DNA of 64,000 nt from Candidatus Latescibacterota bacterium (lineage in GTDB: Bacteria; Latescibacterota; UBA2968; GCA-2709665): positions 960,001 to 1,024,000 of the forward strand of contig CBDDDZ010000005.1 in assembly GCA_965226795.1 (NCBI GenBank). Reading direction: 5' to 3'. The notes beneath the pieces were generated by a model. The model saw nothing but the letters and a program-made list of their open reading frames with translations, did no database searches and had not been told where the DNA came from. Below are positions 30,231 to 40,131 of the stretch, one piece after another. Position 1 is the stretch's first letter. Each line of letters begins with the position of its first letter. Position numbers and translations under genes: made by a program.

Positions 30231-31034
30231 ATGGATGTAGGAACAAATTCTGACCACTCAAAGTCGGGAAATCCTGATATGAAACCCGGTGAGAAAGATT
30301 ATCAGGCGTTAAATCAATATTCTGAAACTCGTTACAAAGAGTTATCGGGATTGCTCAAACCATACGTCGCAATAACCGACGCATTTGGAAAGCTGGTATG
30401 CCGCATCAGCATCTGCCTCGGCATCACGCCACCTACGGATACTCAGGATTCTGTGGTCAGAGATCTTATGGCTGATGTTTTCGATTTTCTCTTCGAATCC
30501 AGAGCCATGATTCTGCAGGGTAAAATCCAAATTGCCTATGTGCTGGCACGCAGAGCCTATGAATCGCTTTCGCTGTTGTCACTTTGTGCCCAAGACTCAG
30601 AATATGCAGATAAGTGGGAATCAGGTAAGAAGATTTTTAATAAAGAGGTGAGGAAGCAACTCGAAAAGCAACCATTCAGCGAATCAGCGGACCGAACACA
30701 AGAGCTATATAGTTTCTTTAGCAAGGTGGCGCACCCCAATAGAGACTTAGTTGCCCATCGCTACCTTGGGCAGGGCAACCGTTTCGTCTTCGGTTCAATA
30801 GGAAAGCCGGATCTTGTTTTTATCGCTGATTTCTGCTATAGGCACCTACAGCTTTGGTTTTGGTTTGGTGCCCTAGCGGGTTATAGACATCACGTGCTTC
30901 TGGATAAGCACGATCCAGATTTCATAAAGGAATATTTCCTCGCCACAGATCAAGCAGAAGAGATAGCCGAGTGGTTGGCAAAACAGTTCAATCGTCTGCT
31001 CAAAGAAGCCCAGGAAAACCTGGCAACGACATGA
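30231..31034 (+). CDS. Hypothetical protein, HEPN/DUF5677-like; alternative start 30279
   Basis: Helical-looking AT-rich ORF with ARRAYE and LYSFFSKVAHP, matching the R-x-x-E / Y-x-x-x-S-x-x-x-H pattern. Confidence 0.55.
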   Translation: MDVGTNSDHSKSGNPDMKPGEKDYQALNQYSETRYKELSGLLKPYVAITDAFGKLVCRISICLGITPPTDTQDSVVRDLMADVFDFLFESRAMILQGKIQIAYVLARRAYESLSLLSLCAQDSEYADKWESGKKIFNKEVRKQLEKQPFSESADRTQELYSFFSKVAHPNRDLVAHRYLGQGNRFVFGSIGKPDLVFIADFCYRHLQLWFWFGALAGYRHHVLLDKHDPDFIKEYFLATDQAEEIAEWLAKQFNRLLKEAQENLATT

Positions 31035-31297
31035 AGAGTGCCGCATAAACCATTCGCGAACTAGGTATGACACCAGTCAGCTATCAGGGTGGCAAGTTAC
31101 GGTCCCCCAAAAGCTGTGACGAATGACGAAGTGCTTTGGACGCATAAGTGAAAGCAATTCTCGGGCATCAAACGTCTGTAAGATCGCGGCATTAGTGGTT
31201 AGTTGATTCCGGCAATTTGGATATCCAAGTACAGGTACTTCAACGGCTGCGCCGGATGTTACCGGCAGAGCCATGATGCGTTGACTCGAATGTGTAA

Positions 31298-32668
31298 ATG
31301 TCATACTTGACCGAAATGAAAGTTGTGCGCGATCACATCTTTATCAGTTACGCGACTGAACAGTCCGCGCTTTGCGACTGGCTTGCCCGTCGACTTGCTG
31401 CCGAAGGGTACGCTATATGGTGCGACCGCCAGAAGCTGCTTGGCGGTGAGAACTGGCCCAACGACATCGATGCGGCGATTAATGAGCGAACTTTCCGTAT
31501 GCTTGCGCTGCTATCCCGGGCATCTATGAACAAGCAGAATCCGCAAGGAGAGTGGCTGAAAGGTAATGCAATCGGAAAAAAGCTGGGCATTGTCGACTTC
31601 GTTATACCGTTGAATACGGAAGGGCTCCGACCGGACGAAATCACCTGGAATCTGCAACCCATCAACTACATTCCGTTTACGCCGAGTTGGGCCGAAGGAT
31701 TAGCGGCGCTGCTGAAGAAACTCACTTCCTTGGACGCACCCCGGTCATTAAGGGACGGTCCGCGGATTGCCGTGGGGTCAATGGTCGCAAACAGCACGAT
31801 TCGAGATGAATCCGAAATTCTGGTAAGTAACTGCTTCGAGATTGTGCAGACACCACGATACATTCGGAAGTATACATCTGAGACAAATCTCTCCCCGGCC
31901 GAGCGCCGTGTATTACGGAAAGAATGGGCATGTCGCGATTTGTCGCCGACTCTCGTGATTGCCTTTGACGATCCGACCTCGACGGTGAAAGAGAGATATA
32001 GTTTTTCGTACGTCAATCAGGTTTCATGGCGTGATACACCGTTCATAAATGGAATTAAAGCAAGAGACCTTGTGGTTAACCTGGTACATAAATCTCTCCA
32101 TCGTCTGCTGGAAGGGCGGGGATTGAAGTACAGCGACGGAAGGAGGCAATGGTATATTCCGCCTGGCCTTCTAGCGGAAGATAACCTAACCTTCACGTCT
32201 CCTGACGGTAAGAAACGTTGGTTCAAGGCGGTCAGTGAACGTACATTTCATTCACGAAACGGAGGAGAGGTATACCGATACCACCTTAGCCCATCGTTAT
32301 CGCTGCTGCGCGATCAAACTGATCCATTTGTGCTATTTCTTCGAAACAGGGTTTATTTTACCGATACAAATGGCAAACCCTTAGATGAACGCAAGATTGT
32401 ATCGCGCCGCAAACATCTATGCAAAGCATGGTTTAACTACGAGTGGTGGGCGCGTACTCTTGGCGTAGCACAGCTACTCGCCGATGAAGATATGTACATC
32501 CGTTTCGGGCCGGAGGGAGAGCAGCAACTCGTCATCAATGCAGTACCCATTTCCTTAGATGTTTCCAAAGGTATCGACGATGATCATGTTGACGAATCTG
32601 ATGGGTATTGCACCACTTGGCTTGAGGGGGTCGGGTTGGAAGTTGATATTGTCTCGGTAATTGAGTGA
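31298..32668 (+). CDS. TIR-APAZ protein (SPARTA-type NADase effector)
   Basis: N-terminal TIR: IFISYA, WLARRL..GY.IWCD, catalytic Glu in QGEW, FVIPL, SWAEGL; C-terminal APAZ-like RRKHLCKAWFNYEW; directly upstream of a short pAgo. Confidence 0.9.
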   Translation: MSYLTEMKVVRDHIFISYATEQSALCDWLARRLAAEGYAIWCDRQKLLGGENWPNDIDAAINERTFRMLALLSRASMNKQNPQGEWLKGNAIGKKLGIVDFVIPLNTEGLRPDEITWNLQPINYIPFTPSWAEGLAALLKKLTSLDAPRSLRDGPRIAVGSMVANSTIRDESEILVSNCFEIVQTPRYIRKYTSETNLSPAERRVLRKEWACRDLSPTLVIAFDDPTSTVKERYSFSYVNQVSWRDTPFINGIKARDLVVNLVHKSLHRLLEGRGLKYSDGRRQWYIPPGLLAEDNLTFTSPDGKKRWFKAVSERTFHSRNGGEVYRYHLSPSLSLLRDQTDPFVLFLRNRVYFTDTNGKPLDERKIVSRRKHLCKAWFNYEWWARTLGVAQLLADEDMYIRFGPEGEQQLVINAVPISLDVSKGIDDDHVDESDGYCTTWLEGVGLEVDIVSVIE

Positions 32669-32675
32669 GGATCCG

Positions 32676-34181
32676 ATGTTGAGGGATATTACAATTCTCG
32701 ATGAGCCAAAGTTAGAGTTTCGGTATGGGCAGCAGCTCGCCGATCCACGCGATGGACTTTCGTTATTCGGGCCTTACGGAGCCGACGCTCCGGGCCATCC
32801 CGGTGCCGTATCGTACGGCGTCGTTGGCACACCCGTAGGTATTGAGCTATTCTCCGCGTGGTCGCACGCGATGGTGTGTTCCTGGACAGATGCGCCGAAT
32901 GACCGTCGTCGGCTATGGCCACCGTACCCTGGATTTGAGGCAGCGTTCGCCAGCGTCTGGCGTAGCAAACCAGTATGGAAGAAGGCGTTGGAAAGTGATG
33001 AGCTGAGTGACTTCGCCAATCGCCATGATCCCTACGAACGGGTCTATTCCGTCGCAAACCAATATCTTTCAGCTGTTAAGGATTTAGAAAAGTTAGATGA
33101 GCGTGTGAGCGTCATGGTCTGCGTGGTTCCCGACGAAGTCTACAAAACATGCAGGATAAAATCGCGCGCGATCCAGCCGACAGGAGAGGTCGTTTCTAAG
33201 GTCAGACGCGACTCCCGCAAGAAACGACAACTTGAGCTATTCTCGAAGTACGCGCCGGAGCAGTACGACCTCTCGCTGGATTTTCGAAGACAGATCAAGG
33301 CAAGGACAATGGCGCATGGTGTTCCGATTCAGATTGTACGTGAATCGACGCTGAGGCTTAATGACGAGAATCCTTTTGGTTCACGGCAGCTTACACCGCT
33401 TTCACATAGAATGTGGAATCTCGCCACTACACTGTTTTATAAGGGAGGCGGTAAGCCATGGAGGCTTGCTACGGCCAGGGAAGGTGTGTGCTATGTCGGC
33501 CTTGCTTTTCGTCGGTCCGATACCCAAGACGGACCCAAGAGCGCAGCCTGCGCCGCACAGATGTTCCTTGACGATGGCGACGGTGTGGTATTCTTGGGCA
33601 ACTATGGGCCGTGGTATTCACCAGAAAAAAAACAGTTCCGCCTCACTCGTAAAGCTGCCCACGATCTGATAAAGGGCGCTCTTGATACGTACAACCAGCT
33701 ACACGGAAAAAGGCTGACCGAAGTCTTTCTGCATTCACGGTCTGATATCAATGCTGAGGAATTCGAGGGATATCGATCTGCTGCACCCGAAGGGTTGAAG
33801 GTCGTTGGCATTCGCGTGCGTCCGAATCACGACGGACCGCGATTGTACCGGCCGGACAAGAAGTGGCCGGTGATCCGGGGAACGCTGTGGCAGCATTCCC
33901 CAACGAGAGGATATCTGTTTGGATCTGGCTTCAAACCAAGGCTCGGAACCTACGATGGATGGGAGACGCCCGCACCGCTTCAAATTGACATTCAACATGG
34001 TGATGCGGATGTCGTTGATGTGGCACGCGATATTCTCGGTCTTACAAAGCTCAACTATAACGCATGTAACGCCGGTGACACCCAGCCGGTTACTGTCAAA
34101 TTCTCTGATGCCGTGGGCGAAATACTTGTAAGCAACCCGACCGTGACCGACCGACAACCCACTTTCAGGTTTTACATCTAA
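32676..34181 (+). CDS. Short prokaryotic Argonaute (MID-PIWI, no catalytic tetrad)
   Basis: DEPKLEF, DPRDGLSLFGP, FRRQIKA, PIQIVREST, YKGGGKPW, CYVGL, CAAQMFLDDGDGVVF, DILGLTKLNYNAC, PVTVKFSDAVGEIL, C-terminal FRFYI; GAGG RBS before ATG 32676. Confidence 0.95.
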   Translation: MLRDITILDEPKLEFRYGQQLADPRDGLSLFGPYGADAPGHPGAVSYGVVGTPVGIELFSAWSHAMVCSWTDAPNDRRRLWPPYPGFEAAFASVWRSKPVWKKALESDELSDFANRHDPYERVYSVANQYLSAVKDLEKLDERVSVMVCVVPDEVYKTCRIKSRAIQPTGEVVSKVRRDSRKKRQLELFSKYAPEQYDLSLDFRRQIKARTMAHGVPIQIVRESTLRLNDENPFGSRQLTPLSHRMWNLATTLFYKGGGKPWRLATAREGVCYVGLAFRRSDTQDGPKSAACAAQMFLDDGDGVVFLGNYGPWYSPEKKQFRLTRKAAHDLIKGALDTYNQLHGKRLTEVFLHSRSDINAEEFEGYRSAAPEGLKVVGIRVRPNHDGPRLYRPDKKWPVIRGTLWQHSPTRGYLFGSGFKPRLGTYDGWETPAPLQIDIQHGDADVVDVARDILGLTKLNYNACNAGDTQPVTVKFSDAVGEILVSNPTVTDRQPTFRFYI

Positions 34182-34199
34182 GAGAGGCACAGTAGTAGG

Positions 34200-37100
34200 A
34201 TGACTAAAGAAAATTCCGACAAACGCCTAATCGAAGTCGCCTTTCCGCTGAAACAGGTCTCGCTCGACTCTGTCCACGAGAAAAACGTGCGGCACGGGCA
34301 TATCTCCACGCTTCACATCTGGCCGGCGAGGAGGCCGTTAGCTGCGTGCCGCGCGGCCCTGATCGCGACGTTGCTTCCCGATCCAGGTGATGCGGACACG
34401 CGAAACGAGATCTTGGAGCGTATGGCTGGCCGCATAATTGAGAAGATCGACCGCAAGCGCGTGAACGGCCGTTTGGTTGAAAAGGTCAAGGAGGAAACGC
34501 TTGGCGGCATCCTTCACTGGAAGCGGGAAAACGACCCGAATCTCGCCTGGTTTCGCGAAGAGATCCGCAAGGCGTATGGTGGTCGGGCGCCCAAGGTATT
34601 GGACCCGTTCGCCGGTGGCGGCGCCATTCCCCTCGAAGCGATGCGCCTTGGGTGCGACGTGACGGCCATGGACATCAACCCGGTCGCTTGGTTCATCCTT
34701 AAGTGTACACTCGAGTACCCCCAAAAGCTCGTCGGTCAGACCCGCCCGCTTCCCGGCTTCGCGCTGGAGGACGCCGAATTCATGGAGGCATTCCTGAAGG
34801 CGAAAGGGTTTAAGGGTGCGAGCTTGCGGACGTTTCTGGAGCGCCTCGGCCACGGCGATGGCGGCGAAATCCAGCTCAATGCCCTGGCCCGCAACGACGC
34901 TACGCTCAAAGCGGACCTCGCCTGGCACGTGCGCGCCTGGGGCCGCTGGGTGCTGGCAAGGGCGCGCAAGGAACTGGCTTCGTATTATCCGACCTATGCT
35001 GAGTTCGAGCCGCTGGAGCCGGGCAGAAAGTTCGAGCCGCACCCCATTCGGCTGCTGGAGATCGATGATAACGGGATTCCGCAACTCAATCCGCTCAATG
35101 TCGAATTCGACGACGCCTATCTCAAGGATCCGCGCAACCCGCGCTGGGTCGCCAAACCGACCGTGGCGTATCTCTGGGCGCGGACCGTGACCTGCAAACA
35201 GTGCCGCGCAACGTTGCCGCTGCTCAAGACGCGCTGGTTGTGCAAGAAGGACCACAAGCGGGTGCTGCTGACGATGGAGCCGATGACCGACCAGACCGGC
35301 CGGCCGGCCGAGCACGGCACGGCGCAGGCAGGCGTTGTCTTCGGCGTGCAGTGCGACATCCCGAAAAACGGCGGCAACTCGGCGCAACGGCGGGAGTACG
35401 ACAAACGCATTGGAACGGGCACTATGTCGCGTACCGGCGCATCCTGCCCGTGCTGTGGCGCGATTATGACTATGGCGGACATCCGTTTCGAAGGCCGCGC
35501 CGGTCGGTTGGGCGCGACCATGACGGCTGTGGTGGTGGATGGGCCGAAGGGCAAGGGCAAGGGCAAGGAATACCGCTTGCCCACGGACCCTGAGCGTGCG
35601 GTTGCGGAAGTGCCCGAGGAACAGCTTCAGGCGCTCTATGCGGACATCCCGTTTGGGTTGCCGGAGGAACAGACGCCCAAGGCAGGAATCGGTGCGTCGC
35701 GTGCTTTTTCAGTGGACGGCTATGGCTTTGATACTTGGCGGAAACTGTTTACGAATCGGCAGCTATTGGCGGTTGGAGGGTTCGTTCTGATCCTTAGGAG
35801 ACTGATGCAAGAACTCAAAAATTGGCCGGAGAGTTGGTCCGAGGCGCTGATTGCAAATCTTGCACTCGTGAACGACCGGCTGGCCGACTACTCCAGCGCG
35901 ATTTGCTCTTGGCACAATAGTGGTGAGAAGCTTAGAAATACGTTTGGTCGCTTTGCTCTGCCTATCGTTTGGGATTATACCGAAGTCAATCCGTTGTCGG
36001 ATACCTCCGGCAACTTCCTCGGTGCGCTTGAATGGGTTTCCAAGGTGTGCGAGCATTTGCAAAAAAGCGTCGATTCAGCCCGAAGCGGAGAGAGCATTTG
36101 TGCATCAGCCATCACCTGCCCAACCAATAGTGTCGATCTTATCTTAACCGATCCTCCCTACTACGACGCGATCCCCTATTCCGATCTGATGGACTTCTTC
36201 TATGTCTGGCTGAGGCGCTCGATACCGGGATTATCTGTCGAGGTTGAGGCGGTTTTCTCCGATGCCCTTGGCCCCAAATGGGATCATGACGAAGATGATG
36301 GCGAGCTCATAGACGACGCCAGCCGATTTGGCGGCGACAAAGAGCGGTCCCGGCAGAATTATGAAGAAGGAATGGCCCGCGCATTCTGCTCTTGTCACGC
36401 TGCGTTGCGGCCTCACGGGCGGCTTGTGGTCGTGTTCGCCAACAAGCTTCCCGATGCCTGGGAGACGTTGGTAGCCGCTTTGATCCGTGCCGGTTTCGTC
36501 GTTGACGGCTCCTGGCCCATCCAGACGGAGATGATTAACCGCAACCGAGCAATTGCCTCCGCCGCGTTGTCATCATCCGTCTGGATAGTCTGCAAGAAAC
36601 GGTCCGCCATCCGCCCTGGATGGGACAATAATGTGCTCAAAGAAATGCGAGAGAATATCACCCAGAAGCTTCGAGATTTCTGGGACGCCGGAATCCGCGG
36701 GCCAGACTTCGTATGGGCTGCGACCGGCCCGGCTCTCGAAGCCTTTAGCAAGCACCCCGTGGTGAAGAAGGCAAACGATCCTAACCAACTGATGACGGTG
36801 TCGGAGTTCCTGCGCGAAGTGCGCCGCATGGTTGTGGATTTCGTCGTCGGGCGCGTATTGACACAGGTACCGGGTCAGGAGGCTGCGACCGGCCTCGACG
36901 ACGTGAGCACCTATTACCTGCTCCATCGTCACGACTTCGGCATGTATGAAGCACCCGTTGGCGCCTGCATTCTTTATGCACTGTCGTGTAACCTCTCCGA
37001 TACGGCCCTCGTCAATCAACACGATCTCCTTGCGAAGTCGGGCAAGGGGGGAGGGAGCGACGAACTTGAGGAAGACGACTCGTCCGAAGACGTCGAAGAG

Positions 37101-37445
37101 TCGAGCGGTGGTGCCAAAGTCAAGCTCAGACCCTGGAACCGCCGCGAGGGCCGCACCCTCGGCCTTGATGCCCCGGGCGGAGGCCCAGTACCCCTAATCG
37201 ACCAGTTACATAAGCTCATGCACCTGTGGCGTGCCGGTGACCAGGTCAAGGTGGACGACTATCTCGACACTCGCGGCCTCCAGCGCAACGCCCTGTTCAA
37301 TCAGATCCTTCAGGCCCTCATCGAACTGGCCGACGCTGGTTCTGACGAGCGATCAATACTAGAAGCCTTGAGCAATCACGTCGCGGCGCGGGGTGATGTC
37401 GGGAAACCGGGACAGACGCGGTTTCAGTTCGGACCGGTTAAATAA
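34200..37445 (+). CDS. DUF1156-domain amino-DNA methyltransferase with Zn ribbon
   Basis: LIEVAFP, TLHIWPARRPL, DPFAGGGAIPLEA (motif I), CKQC..CPCC, TDPPYYD (motif IV). Confidence 0.92.
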   Translation: MTKENSDKRLIEVAFPLKQVSLDSVHEKNVRHGHISTLHIWPARRPLAACRAALIATLLPDPGDADTRNEILERMAGRIIEKIDRKRVNGRLVEKVKEETLGGILHWKRENDPNLAWFREEIRKAYGGRAPKVLDPFAGGGAIPLEAMRLGCDVTAMDINPVAWFILKCTLEYPQKLVGQTRPLPGFALEDAEFMEAFLKAKGFKGASLRTFLERLGHGDGGEIQLNALARNDATLKADLAWHVRAWGRWVLARARKELASYYPTYAEFEPLEPGRKFEPHPIRLLEIDDNGIPQLNPLNVEFDDAYLKDPRNPRWVAKPTVAYLWARTVTCKQCRATLPLLKTRWLCKKDHKRVLLTMEPMTDQTGRPAEHGTAQAGVVFGVQCDIPKNGGNSAQRREYDKRIGTGTMSRTGASCPCCGAIMTMADIRFEGRAGRLGATMTAVVVDGPKGKGKGKEYRLPTDPERAVAEVPEEQLQALYADIPFGLPEEQTPKAGIGASRAFSVDGYGFDTWRKLFTNRQLLAVGGFVLILRRLMQELKNWPESWSEALIANLALVNDRLADYSSAICSWHNSGEKLRNTFGRFALPIVWDYTEVNPLSDTSGNFLGALEWVSKVCEHLQKSVDSARSGESICASAITCPTNSVDLILTDPPYYDAIPYSDLMDFFYVWLRRSIPGLSVEVEAVFSDALGPKWDHDEDDGELIDDASRFGGDKERSRQNYEEGMARAFCSCHAALRPHGRLVVVFANKLPDAWETLVAALIRAGFVVDGSWPIQTEMINRNRAIASAALSSSVWIVCKKRSAIRPGWDNNVLKEMRENITQKLRDFWDAGIRGPDFVWAATGPALEAFSKHPVVKKANDPNQLMTVSEFLREVRRMVVDFVVGRVLTQVPGQEAATGLDDVSTYYLLHRHDFGMYEAPVGACILYALSCNLSDTALVNQHDLLAKSGKGGGSDELEEDDSSEDVEESSGGAKVKLRPWNRREGRTLGLDAPGGGPVPLIDQLHKLMHLWRAGDQVKVDDYLDTRGLQRNALFNQILQALIELADAGSDERSILEALSNHVAARGDVGKPGQTRFQFGPVK

Positions 37446-37613
37446 TCAATTGCTTTCCGTACACGGCCCAGCGTGTTCCCTCTTTGCAGAAATTTTCGGA
37501 TTTGACCCGAAAGAGACTCCGATGAAGTAGGGTTTTTTGTCGACTTGTATAACAACAGACATTGGAAGGGTTTGGTCACGAACCGAACTCAAACTTGATC
37601 CGAGGATCCTAGC

Positions 37614-39713
37614 ATGAATCATCGCAAGCAAATCTCAGGCAATTTACTCGGTTCAACTCGCGCTGAAGCCGATATGCGCATGCTGGAAGAGGCCTTTGTA
37701 GAGACCAGCGACTATCTTGCCCTAAAAAATACGGACGACTTCAATTTCATTGTCGGACGTCGTGGCACAGGCAAGACCGCGCTTTACCTCAGGCTCATAT
37801 CTGCATTTTCTCAAGATAAACGATCATTTATGCACTGTGTGAAGCCCCAAGAGCACGATTCGCTCATGGTCTTGGGACTGATTCGCAAACTTGGTCTTAG
37901 TACATACGAGTCCGTTCGCTCTACGTCGAGAGTATTATGGAGAGTGTCGCTGCTATTCTCCGTGGCCGTCGATCTTTGCGGTCACTGGAAGTTCAAGGGT
38001 ACTCAAGAATGTGGAATTCTCAATGGATATCTCGCGAAGCGAAAACACCTGCGGAGACTCGGTGAACTTCAACGGTGTCACGGTATACTAAATGATCTGT
38101 CACCCTCTTTCAATCTGCCAGAGGAGTTACCGGCGCTCATCGCTTCCAAATTTGAAATGAGCACACTGGAGGCAGCAGTCAGGAAAGGATTGGATACCAC
38201 TGGTTCAAAATCAGTCTTTCTGTTCGATGGCCTTGATGAAGGCTGGGGTACCGATACCCTCTCAATTGGAATTCTTGGCGGCCTAGCAATCACGATCTCC
38301 GGTTTTCAGGACGCCGCCCTACCCATACATGGCGAGGTTTTTGTTCGTGACAACATATTCAGATCATTGGCGGCCCAAGATAGTGACTACTCCCGACACA
38401 TTGAGGGTAACACCCTGCGCCTTCACTGGGACGAAGACTCCTTGTTTAATTTTATCACAAACCGGTTACGCATCGTGCTTAATTTACAAGACGTAGAGAG
38501 TAATGTCCGCGTATGGAATCGATTCGCTCACAGGAATGTAAGAGATAGAGAGGGGTTTTATCGCTGTCTCCGGCACACATTGTACAGACCGAGAGACCTG
38601 TTGGTGCTGCTAAACAGCGCAATCGTCAGGGCCAACCGCGCGGGGCGAAGAGAGATCATTGAGGACGACATCCAAAGTACATCGAAGCAAGTGTCGATGG
38701 ATAGACTGGCAGATTTGAAAAAAGAATATGAAGGTGTTTTTCCCGGCTCGAGCATCGTAACTGATTCCCTTGTTGGAGGTGAAGCCTTCCAGACGCTACG
38801 TTACATAACAAATGGTCTTCAAAGTTTGGTTGACGGATTGGACTATTCCCAGCCACAATCTGGGGACATCGCGCTATTGGGCAATGGATCTCAGGTACTG
38901 GACGCTCTATACAGCATCGGACTCTTGGGACTGGTCGAGCCTGCGACGAGCGCTGTTAGATTCTGTCATGACGGGGCACGCTCCATTATCTCGGACTTGC
39001 CCGAGGACAGGTACATCGCGATGCACCCCTGTTACTGGAAGGCCTTGGATATTCGCGCGGGTGAAATTTCCACAGATGTTCTCGTGGAGATTCACGACGA
39101 TTACGAAGTGCGGGCTACCGGCACTGTCCCCGCACTGAGAGCGCGTCGGCTTGGCCGGTTGGTTTCGGACCTGTCAGATATTCCTCTCGGTTCCGGCGGA
39201 GCATCTGGCTTTGAAGATTGGATGTTGCGAACCTGCCGCATCCTGTTTTCGGGGTACCTGAGCAACTTTGAACTTCACCCAGCTAGCGATGGTGTGCAGC
39301 GTCGAGATGTGGTTGCTACGAACAATGCCGAGAGCGGATTTTGGAAGCGTGTACTTGACGACTATGGATCCCGGCAGGTAGTTTTCGAGGTGAAGAACTA
39401 TGAAGACCTTAAGATTGATGACTTCCGGCAATCTCTGTCTTATTCGGGTCGACAGTACGGAAGATTAGTGATTATTGTTCACCGTAGCGAGTCGGAAGCG
39501 TTGAACCAGAGAGCGAGAGGGTGGGTCAAAGAGTTCTGGGACCAACATAACACTCTTGTAATGACTATTCCGTCTGTGGTGCTTGTAAGATGTATACAAA
39601 AAACTCGGAGTCCCAAAAACAGAAAGCGTAGCTATGTTGATCGTAATCTTGGCAAACGCCTTGATACATTTGAGCGTAGTTACGTGGTGCTGCGCCATAT
39701 CAGGCGGTCTTGA
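37614..39713 (+). CDS. P-loop ATPase fused to a C-terminal restriction-endonuclease-like domain
   Basis: GRRGTGKT Walker A, FLFDGLDE Walker B, RPRD; C-terminal FEDW..RRDVV..FEVKNY (E..D..ExK). Confidence 0.8.
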   Translation: MNHRKQISGNLLGSTRAEADMRMLEEAFVETSDYLALKNTDDFNFIVGRRGTGKTALYLRLISAFSQDKRSFMHCVKPQEHDSLMVLGLIRKLGLSTYESVRSTSRVLWRVSLLFSVAVDLCGHWKFKGTQECGILNGYLAKRKHLRRLGELQRCHGILNDLSPSFNLPEELPALIASKFEMSTLEAAVRKGLDTTGSKSVFLFDGLDEGWGTDTLSIGILGGLAITISGFQDAALPIHGEVFVRDNIFRSLAAQDSDYSRHIEGNTLRLHWDEDSLFNFITNRLRIVLNLQDVESNVRVWNRFAHRNVRDREGFYRCLRHTLYRPRDLLVLLNSAIVRANRAGRREIIEDDIQSTSKQVSMDRLADLKKEYEGVFPGSSIVTDSLVGGEAFQTLRYITNGLQSLVDGLDYSQPQSGDIALLGNGSQVLDALYSIGLLGLVEPATSAVRFCHDGARSIISDLPEDRYIAMHPCYWKALDIRAGEISTDVLVEIHDDYEVRATGTVPALRARRLGRLVSDLSDIPLGSGGASGFEDWMLRTCRILFSGYLSNFELHPASDGVQRRDVVATNNAESGFWKRVLDDYGSRQVVFEVKNYEDLKIDDFRQSLSYSGRQYGRLVIIVHRSESEALNQRARGWVKEFWDQHNTLVMTIPSVVLVRCIQKTRSPKNRKRSYVDRNLGKRLDTFERSYVVLRHIRRS

Positions 39714-40131
39714 ACTAAAGTGACCAGGTGAGTCGGACAGCCATTACGTCCTACATGCCACTATATGGTGAGTTATATCCTCATCCGAGTTTTCGGGTGG
39801 TATTTGGGACGAAGTGCAAAACACGAGATAGCGGCGAGAACGGATATCGGTGATTACGGCACTGAGAAGGCCTTCGTTGCAGAGGTGTATTGGCAATCCC
39901 AAATCTCAACCGTGCAGAACTCTCACTTCCAAAACGATACTGATTGTCTGACTTTGAAAATAGGCAAGTCAGCTCCCTGACGACAAGACTGTTCCTGCAC
40001 TCCTTATAAATAGCGAGGACGCAATTGCAATAGCAGTGTCCTGGTTACCACCTTATGTGGTTGTGAAACAACGAAAAACATCCAGGATTCTTTACATCAC
40101 TTCTTAGTCAAGTTCGAGCGAGGACTCAGAA

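Noticed and set aside
31147..31200. VKAILGHQT resembling a tyrosine-recombinase box II motif
   Set aside because: Bounded by stops, no other integrase motifs; too short to distinguish from chance.
34338..35387. 349-aa minus-strand ORF
   Set aside because: Shadow of the GC-rich part of the DUF1156 gene.
35547..35564. (AAGGGC)3 tract in the methyltransferase as a phase-variation switch
   Set aside because: Hexamer unit keeps the frame and has only three copies, so it cannot switch the gene on or off.
39765..39980. 71-aa ORF between cargo genes
   Set aside because: No RBS or motifs; more likely spacer or gene debris.
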